In this document: one piece after another, positions 56,757 through 64,000 of the stretch | Layout of the letters: each line of letters opens with the position of its first letter | Numbering within the stretch: the first letter of the stretch is position 1 | Assembly: GCA_951406725.2 (NCBI GenBank) | Contig: OX597842.1 | Location: 25,110,001-25,174,000, forward strand | Source: Octopus vulgaris | Lineage: Eukaryota | Direction of reading: 5' to 3' | DNA length: 64,000 nucleotides | Translations under genes and position numbers: made by a program | The notes under the pieces: generated by a model | The model's database searches: none | What the model was told of the DNA's origin: nothing | What the model saw: the letters and a program-made list of their open reading frames with translations, nothing else

Positions 56757-57252
56757 ACATATATATATATATATACTTATATATATATATATACATACTT
56801 TATATATTAAATATAAAATTTTGTTCTCAATATAGCTGACGCATTCTGTATGAGGGACATGCGGTGTGTGTGTGTCATTTTAAAAAGTGTTACATATCAC
56901 ATGTGTGTGTATGTGTGTGTGTGTGCGCGTGGGTGTGTACGAATGTTTATGCGTGCGTGTATATGAGTGTGTGGGTGTATGTATATACGAATGCATCTTT
57001 TCCTTGACTTAGGTCTCTTAGACAACTCAGGCGCGTATATATATATATATATATATATATTTGTATATATATGTAGGTCCCGGGTCCCTCTTCGTGTTGG
57101 TTATCTACAGTTAATAAGGTACTCAATACATAGCAGAGTATAAATGAATTTATTATATAGAAGAGGATTAGAACTGTTTCGAAGATTTCTCTTGAATGAA
57201 ACAGTTCTAGTCCTGTAGAAGCTCCTTCTATATAATAAATATATGACTACTG

Positions 57253-57423
<171 letters not shown>

Positions 57424-57908
57424 TGTATGTATGTTACGCACTGGGGTCGATGTAATCGACTTAATCCGTTTATCTGTCCTTGTTTGTCTCCTCTGAGTTT
57501 AGCCCCTTGTGGGTAGTAAAGAAATAGGTATTTCGTCTGTCGCTACGTTCTGAGTTCAAATTCCGGCGAGGCCGACTTAGCCTTTCGGGGTCGATCAAAT
57601 AAGTACCACTTACGCACTGGGGGCGTTGTAATCGACTCAATCCCTTTGTCTGTGCTTGTTTATCCCCTCTGTGGTTCACCCCTTGTGGGCAAATGAAGAA
57701 ATATTAACCTTATCGTTCATAATCAAGCCCTGACTTTTGGCATGAAAAATTCCGATTTGTCCCGAAGCGGAAAAGATATTATAATTGCCGCGCGAGCCAC
57801 TCTACTAGATTTTGATGGTAGATTATGAAGTAGATTAGATAGGGAGAACGCATTTGCAATAGCAATGGGCTCATACGATTCTGCTCAGGTCACTGACTTA
57901 ATCGGAAT

Positions 57909-58320
57909 ACTCTTTTGCTCTTTACTCTTTTACTCGTTTCAGTCATTTGACTGCGGCCATGCTAGAGCACCGCCTTTAATCGAGTAACTCGACCCCAGGA
58001 CTTATTCTTTCGTAAGCCCAGTACTTATTCTATCGGTCTCTTTTGCTGAACCGCTAAGTGACGGGGACGTAAACACACCAGCATCGGTTGTCAAGCAATG
58101 CTAGGGGGACAAGCACAGACACACAAACACACACACATACATATATATATATACATATATACGACAGGCTTCTTTCAGTTTCCGTCTACCAAATCCACTC
58201 ACAAGGCTTTGGTCGGCCCGAGGCTATAGTAGAAGACACTTGCCCAAGGTGCCATGCAGTGGGACTGAACCCGGAACCATGTGGTTGGTAAGCAAGCTAC
58301 TTACCACACCGCCACTCCTA
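57909..58320 (-). mobile_element. tRNA-derived SINE family A, full length
   Basis: Multi-copy. Confidence 0.85.
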
Positions 58321-58678
58321 TCCTTTTAATAATGAAAGGCAAGGTTTACGATATCGGAAGAATATCGTCTCCTTCCATCATCCTTTTGTTCTTCAAGTAG
58401 TTCAGGCTTCCGGCAGGCCAAGGGAGACTTCAAGCACAAATGCTATTTACAACTGGTTTATTGACAAGATTTACAGGATCGGTGTCGTGTGCTGCTCTCA
58501 GCTACCATCTTTAGCTGTGTGTGTTGTGTACGTAGATCCGTTAGTGTGGACGCATTGCCTCTGGAGATAATTTAGCGCAGCTTATGCATCGCATAAACAA
58601 TATCATAATACAACGGTTCAATAACCCACCTACTGGATCTAGCGAACATTTGCATCTAGATACTAACCAAAGATATGT

Positions 58679-59071
58679 CTCTTCTCTTTAGCACTCCGTC
58701 GGTTACGACGACGAGGGTTCCGGTTGATCCGAATCAACGGAACAGCCTGCTCGTGAAATTAACGAGTAAGTGGCTGAGCACTCCACAGACACGTGTACCC
58801 TTAACGTAGTTCTCGGGGATATTCAGCGTGACGCAGAGAGTGACAAGGCCGGCCCTTTGAAATACAGGTACAACAAAAACAGGAAGTAAGAGTGAGAGAA
58901 AGTTGTGGTGAAAGAGTACAGCAGGGATCACCACCATCCTCTGCCTCGTGGAGCTTTTAGGTGTTTAGGTGTTTTCGCTCAATAAACACTCACAACGCCC
59001 GGTCTGGGAATCGAAACCGCGATCCTATGACCGCGAGTCCGCTGCCCTAACCACTGGGCCATTGCGCCTCC
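58679..59071 (-). mobile_element. tRNA-derived SINE with 13-bp target-site duplication
   Basis: Head ggaggcgcaatggcccagtggttagg...ggtttcgattccc; TSD accaaagatatgt at 58666-58678 and 59072-59084. Confidence 0.85.
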
Positions 59072-59700
59072 ACCAAAGATATGTAAACCGCAATGATAAA
59101 CACCAATTACGACCAAATTATATAAGTAGAAATTCTTATGATACAGCTAACACTGTAACAACGTCGGTAAATGGAGTCAGTAAATGCTCATGCAGAGAAA
59201 AATCAAAATGTCCTTTGATGAATCTTTGTATGAGTACAAATATTGTATATAAATGTACCGTACACACAAGGGGAGGGCCGTATGTTTACATTGGACAGAC
59301 GGCTGATTCATTTAAGAATCGTTATCGTAACCACGTCACCAGCTTTAAGACATCAATAAGAGACATTCAACATCTTTGGCAGATTTTGTATGGCGACTGA
59401 AGGAGGATAAAATGAAGTACAGCATAACTTGGTCCATACTAAGGTACGCGAAACCATACAATATAATTTCCAGGAGATGCCGTCTCTGCTCCGAGGAACC
59501 CCTGTCTATTCTGTGGACTAACGAGAAGATCATTGATAGAATTCCTGAAAGATTCACGAGATGTCTATACGCATATAAATGTACTTTCGCACAATGCAGT
59601 GAGAATAAATTTTGAGTAACCGTTAACATAATTTAATTTACTTTAAGGTATGGATGACTTAAGCTTAAGATAGATAGATAGATAGATAGATAGATGGATG

Positions 59701-59755
<55 letters not shown>

Positions 59756-60318
59756 TGATAGATAAATAGATAGATAGATAGATAATTTAATTTACTTTAA
59801 GGTATGGATGACTTAAGTTTACTTTTAACCTCCCCATTCTTATAAACACCAAGTAAATAGCTAACTCCCTTTGTGTTCGTGAGTGCACCAAACCTCACGT
59901 GTGCGTATGCTCACATTTTCGCGGATGCTTGTATGAGCGAGCGTACTTGCGCCATGCAACTTGCCCGAGGGCGTTAATACATCCATATTTGTTAACGGTT
60001 ATTTTTAATACTTTTCTCGCTGGATTGCGTGTTCGTTTCTCTTTCTGCCATCTGTGATTTTATTTTTGATCATCTCTATAAATGAAGATATTTCCTCCAT
60101 CTGGCTGCTTTTCTTTCTACAAAACGAGAAGTTACATTACGGAAGTGTTATTTTAACGAGTTGTATCTATTTATCACCCGACAGGACACATCTGCACCGC
60201 CGGATGCTCCTGAACCAGTTGTTGAGTATCCAAACCATGAGGAATTGATGCTACAGTGTCGAATCAATTGTCGTGATTAATAATAAATTCTTGTATATCC
60301 CATCTTCCGTCTTTCATT

Positions 60319-60363
<45 letters not shown>

Positions 60364-60766
60364 AAAGTACAAAATATATACAAACTGGGACAAGAACGTG
60401 AAACACCTAGAAGATGACACAAGAACCACGGGACGGGACATTCGAAGCCCTCAGTCATCAGTCAAGAACCGGATCATCTTCGCAATTTCGGCTGATTAAT
60501 CTTGAGATTGCTCCGACCTGGGCAGCCCCCAAGGGAAATCTAAGCCAAGCACATTAGATCCCTTGGAAGAAAGCCTCGAATGTATACAACACAAGGACGG
60601 AAAACGGACGATATACACGAATAAAAATACAAAAATACGTGAAAACAATAAGGAAAGCACGAATAAGAATACAAAAACGTAAAAACAATAATGGTAAGGA
60701 TAAAAACAAAACCAGGACGTCAGGACAAGGGTCTTTCGACAGGATGAGTTGAGTTTGGGGCTGGCT

Positions 60767-60831
<65 letters not shown>

Positions 60832-61034
60832 CAGAGATGTACTCGCATAGCAAGTAATTTGATCTGAGATCGTGTGCTGAAACGAAAACAATTGCATCGT
60901 GGAAGGTGTTTATAAGCAATTTAAGAAACACACAAAAGCCGTTCGATTCACTTCAACATTTAAGTTTAATTTGTCAAAATATTTTCGTCGCTAAAATCCG
61001 CGACCTGTTCACTGACAAAGTCCGTGCTGCATCT

Positions 61035-61076
<42 letters not shown>

Positions 61077-61127
61077 TGAATGGAAGAAATGGAGTTGAAC
61101 GAAGATTGTACAGAATTCCTTTTATTA

Positions 61128-61212
61128 CATTCTACACATGTTTCAAAGGCCACAAATTTCCAAATTCTGATTAAATAAGGGTACCATATTGTGGCTTTCT
61201 CTTCAGGAAAAA
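61128..61212 (-). ncRNA. Canonical-core type-I hammerhead motif, homologue of 37151-37232
   Basis: TTC-CTGAAGA-GAAAGCCACAA...TTGTGGCCTTT-GAAA-CATGTG-TA-GAA. Confidence 0.72.
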
Positions 61213-61340
61213 ACAGGAATTCCGTTGACAGAACAAAACAAAACAGAGGCGCAGCAACGCAATTCGAACGAGGACGCTCCTTAAGAGCCCATGGCTGAAC
61301 TTTTGAATAATCTGTAACAAGAAAATTCATCTTTCTATTT

Positions 61341-61400
<60 letters not shown>

Positions 61401-61896
61401 CATACTACATACATACATACATACATACATACATACATACATACATACATACATACATGGTGGCTGACCCCTCGTTATCAAGTATGGCCACTGCACGAAG
61501 CTTAATCAATGTTGTTATCATGCAATGCCTGTGCAAGAAGATTTCTTTTTAAAATGAGGGAAGGCTGTGCACTGAGTCAATCCCACTCACTAAGCAACAG
61601 CAGCCATAATCCGAAAAGAAGAACAAATCAACATCATCGGTAACCACTGGGCCGCAGATTTTATATCGGAGTTATCCCAGTTACTTGAGTTACCTTCTCC
61701 TAGAAGGATGCCCTAACAAAGGCTAGGAGTCCTTCACTCCCAATGTTTTAACCGCGCGATTGAGTATTCAGTCCGATTATTTCTATGTCCCCGCGCATGA
61801 TACAGCCTTAAGACATTTATTGGATGGCCGTTGTCTCTCAAGAGTTTCTCCATACATACATGCATACATACATACATACATACATACATACATACA

Positions 61897-61995
<99 letters not shown>

Positions 61996-62003
61996 TATAT
62001 ATA

Positions 62004-62034
<31 letters not shown>

Positions 62035-62037
62035 GTA

Positions 62038-62095
<58 letters not shown>

Positions 62096-62208
62096 TATAT
62101 GTATATATATATTTAGGGAGAACTCACAGAAAAGAAAAACAAAACACGAAGACACGTGATGTAAACAACAAACAGATGTATTACTTTAACGCTCGGGAAG
62201 TGAAAATG

Positions 62209-62245
62209 TCTTTAACGCTTCGAGCCTATGCTCTTCGACAGAATG
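62209..62245 (-). ncRNA. Minimal hammerhead-like motif, CUGUCGA core (GAAG variant)
   Basis: CTGTCGA-A-GAGCATAGGCTC-GAAG-CG-TT-AAAGA. Confidence 0.5.
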
Positions 62246-62316
62246 GAACACAGAAAGAAACAAGGAGAGAAAATAAAGAACGTGTAGTGGCTAGCGATCT
62301 ATCATGCCGAATATAT

Positions 62317-62407
<91 letters not shown>

Positions 62408-62419
62408 CACACACACGCG

Positions 62420-63195
62420 CAGTGTGTGATGGGTAAATTGTTGCCATTTTATATTTTTTTATTTCCCGCATGCGCATTGTTTGTTTTTGTCGATTACACA
62501 GTATAGTAAGATCAGTTGGGCATCGTCTGTGAGAAAAACATCACCATGACGCAATTCACTCTGCCAAAAATTTGGAAACGACATGCTGTACTGCTTGGCA
62601 TTCGCGCCGAGAGCTCAAATACGAACATTTCAGAGTGTTTGAGTGTCAGTCTGAGGACAGTGCAATCTGAGAACACGTACCGAGTGTTTGGGGTGATCAC
62701 TAGTGATGACAACGTTATGCCTCCATTCATCTTCCAGCACGGTCTCAGACTCAACACGGAGGCCTACATCAAGAGCCTGGAGGTGGTAGTGCTGCCCTGG
62801 GTCAAGAGGGTGGCTGCTGGAAGACCCTATGTCTGGCAACAGGACTCTGCACCATGCCACACAAGCAAGAGAACCCAGTCATGGCTGTCAGATAATTTCT
62901 GCGACCATATCACCCCTAACGTCTGGCCACCTAACTCCCCAAACTGCAACCCCCCTTGATTATTATGTGTGGGGCGCAGTTGAGCGAGAGACCAACAAAA
63001 CTCCTTGTAACACCAAAGATGAGCTGAAGGCAAGGATTATGGAAGCATTCACCAACTTAAACAAGGAGACCGTTCAAAAAAATTGCCGGAGATTCCGACG
63101 TCGTCTGAAGGCCGTCGTTGAGGGCAATGGCGATTTTATTGAATAAATTTAGTCTTTAGAATTTCAAGATATTTCTATGTAATTTTGGTAAATAG
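62420..63195 (+). mobile_element. Internally deleted Tc1/mariner (maT/DD37D-like) transposon
   Basis: CAGTG terminus; VFGVITSD, WQQDSAPCH, WPPNSPNCNP/LDYYVW, C-terminal GDFIE. Confidence 0.85.
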
Positions 63196-64000
63196 CAACA
63201 TATGGATGCGAGACCTGGACACTAAAGAAAGCTGACCAGAAGAGAATTAATGCATTCGAGCTTTGGTGTTGGAGAAGACTTTTACGGATTCCATGGACAG
63301 CGAGGCTCATCAATGGAGAAGTTCTTAAGCAGATAAGGCCGAAAATGTCGTTAGAAGCTAGGATCACCAAGCATAGATTGGCATATTTCGGTCATATTAT
63401 GCGGAGAAAATCCCTGGAGAAGGACATCATGCTCGGAATGGTCAGTGGCAAGAGAGGAAGAGGCCGACCAAGAACCCGCTGGCTTGACACCATGAAAAGT
63501 GATACCGGACTGACATGGCCAATCTGAAAGAAACGGCCCAGGATAGAACTGACTGGAGGACACTGATCCAACGAGTGACCGAGAGTCGACGACCAAGAAC
63601 CCGCTGGCTTGACACCATGAAAAGTGATACCGGACTGGACATGGCCAATCTGAAAGAAACGGCCCAGGATAGAACTGACTGGAGGACACTGATCCAACGA
63701 GTGACCGAGAGTCGATTTCGACTGAGCGGGTAGATAGATAGATATATATTATATATACGGAATGGTCAGTGGCAAGAGAGGAAGAGGCCGACCAAGAACC
63801 CGCTGGCTTGACACAATCAAGAGTGATACCGGACCGGACATAGCCAATCTGAAGGAAGCGGCCCAGGATAGAACTGACTGGAGGACACTGATCCAACGAA
63901 TGACCGAGAGTCGATTTCGACTGAGCGGATAGATAGATAGATATATATTATATATACGGAATGGTCAGTGGCAAGAGAGGAAGAGGCCGACCAAGAACCC
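63196..64000 (+). mobile_element. RTE/BovB-type LINE 3' end with tandemly reiterated 3' termini
   Basis: YGCETWTL..INAFELWCWRRLLRIPWTAR; RLAYFGHIMRR..LEKDIMLG.VSGKRGRGRPRTRWLD; 3' end repeated at 63585, 63758, 63958 with (TAGA)n tails. Confidence 0.9.

Larger units (their letters stand above)
57703..59617 (+). mobile_element. Second, decayed Penelope-like element (different lineage), interrupted by SINEs
   Basis: RT fragment 57721-57909 ...FAIAMGSYDSAQVTDLIGI; GIY-YIG 59180-59560 CSCREKSKCPL...NIVYKCTV...YIGQT..FKNRYRNH; CRLC.EE. Confidence 0.8.

Noticed and set aside
58333-58648. Solo LTR (TG...CA, poly(A) signal on the minus strand)
   Set aside because: No target-site duplication and no second copy in the window
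58995-59071. tRNA gene
   Set aside because: Has A/B boxes but no proper acceptor stem; continues into a SINE body bounded by a 13-bp TSD

Overview
AT-rich, microsatellite-saturated eukaryotic DNA, most likely from an octopus/coleoid cephalopod (inferred from the SINE families and repeat landscape, not verified by search). Two host genes can be read. One is a minus-strand fatty-acid-binding-protein (FABP/iLBP) gene with coding exons 3419-3350, 1745-1570 and 628-515; its last exon lies off-window. The other is a plus-strand low-complexity gene of unknown function with phase-compatible exons 13018-13298 and 20484-22773, whose stop codon and poly(A) signals come from a MITE-derived tandem array. 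The rest is mobile DNA: a near-intact Penelope-like element (RT + C-terminal GIY-YIG) bracketed by 1.16-kb inverted repeats, a second decayed PLE, Tc1/mariner relics, non-autonomous Helitrons, CR1/RTE fragments and many SINEs. The most striking signal is at least 17 type-I hammerhead-ribozyme-like motifs, most in short islands between (TA)n tracts and often inside fold-back (inverted-duplication) cassettes. Several carry recurrent non-canonical cores (CUGUNGA, CCGACGA, CUGAUGC). All folds were read by eye and cleavage activity is untested. Most long ORFs in the supplied track are microsatellite artefacts.
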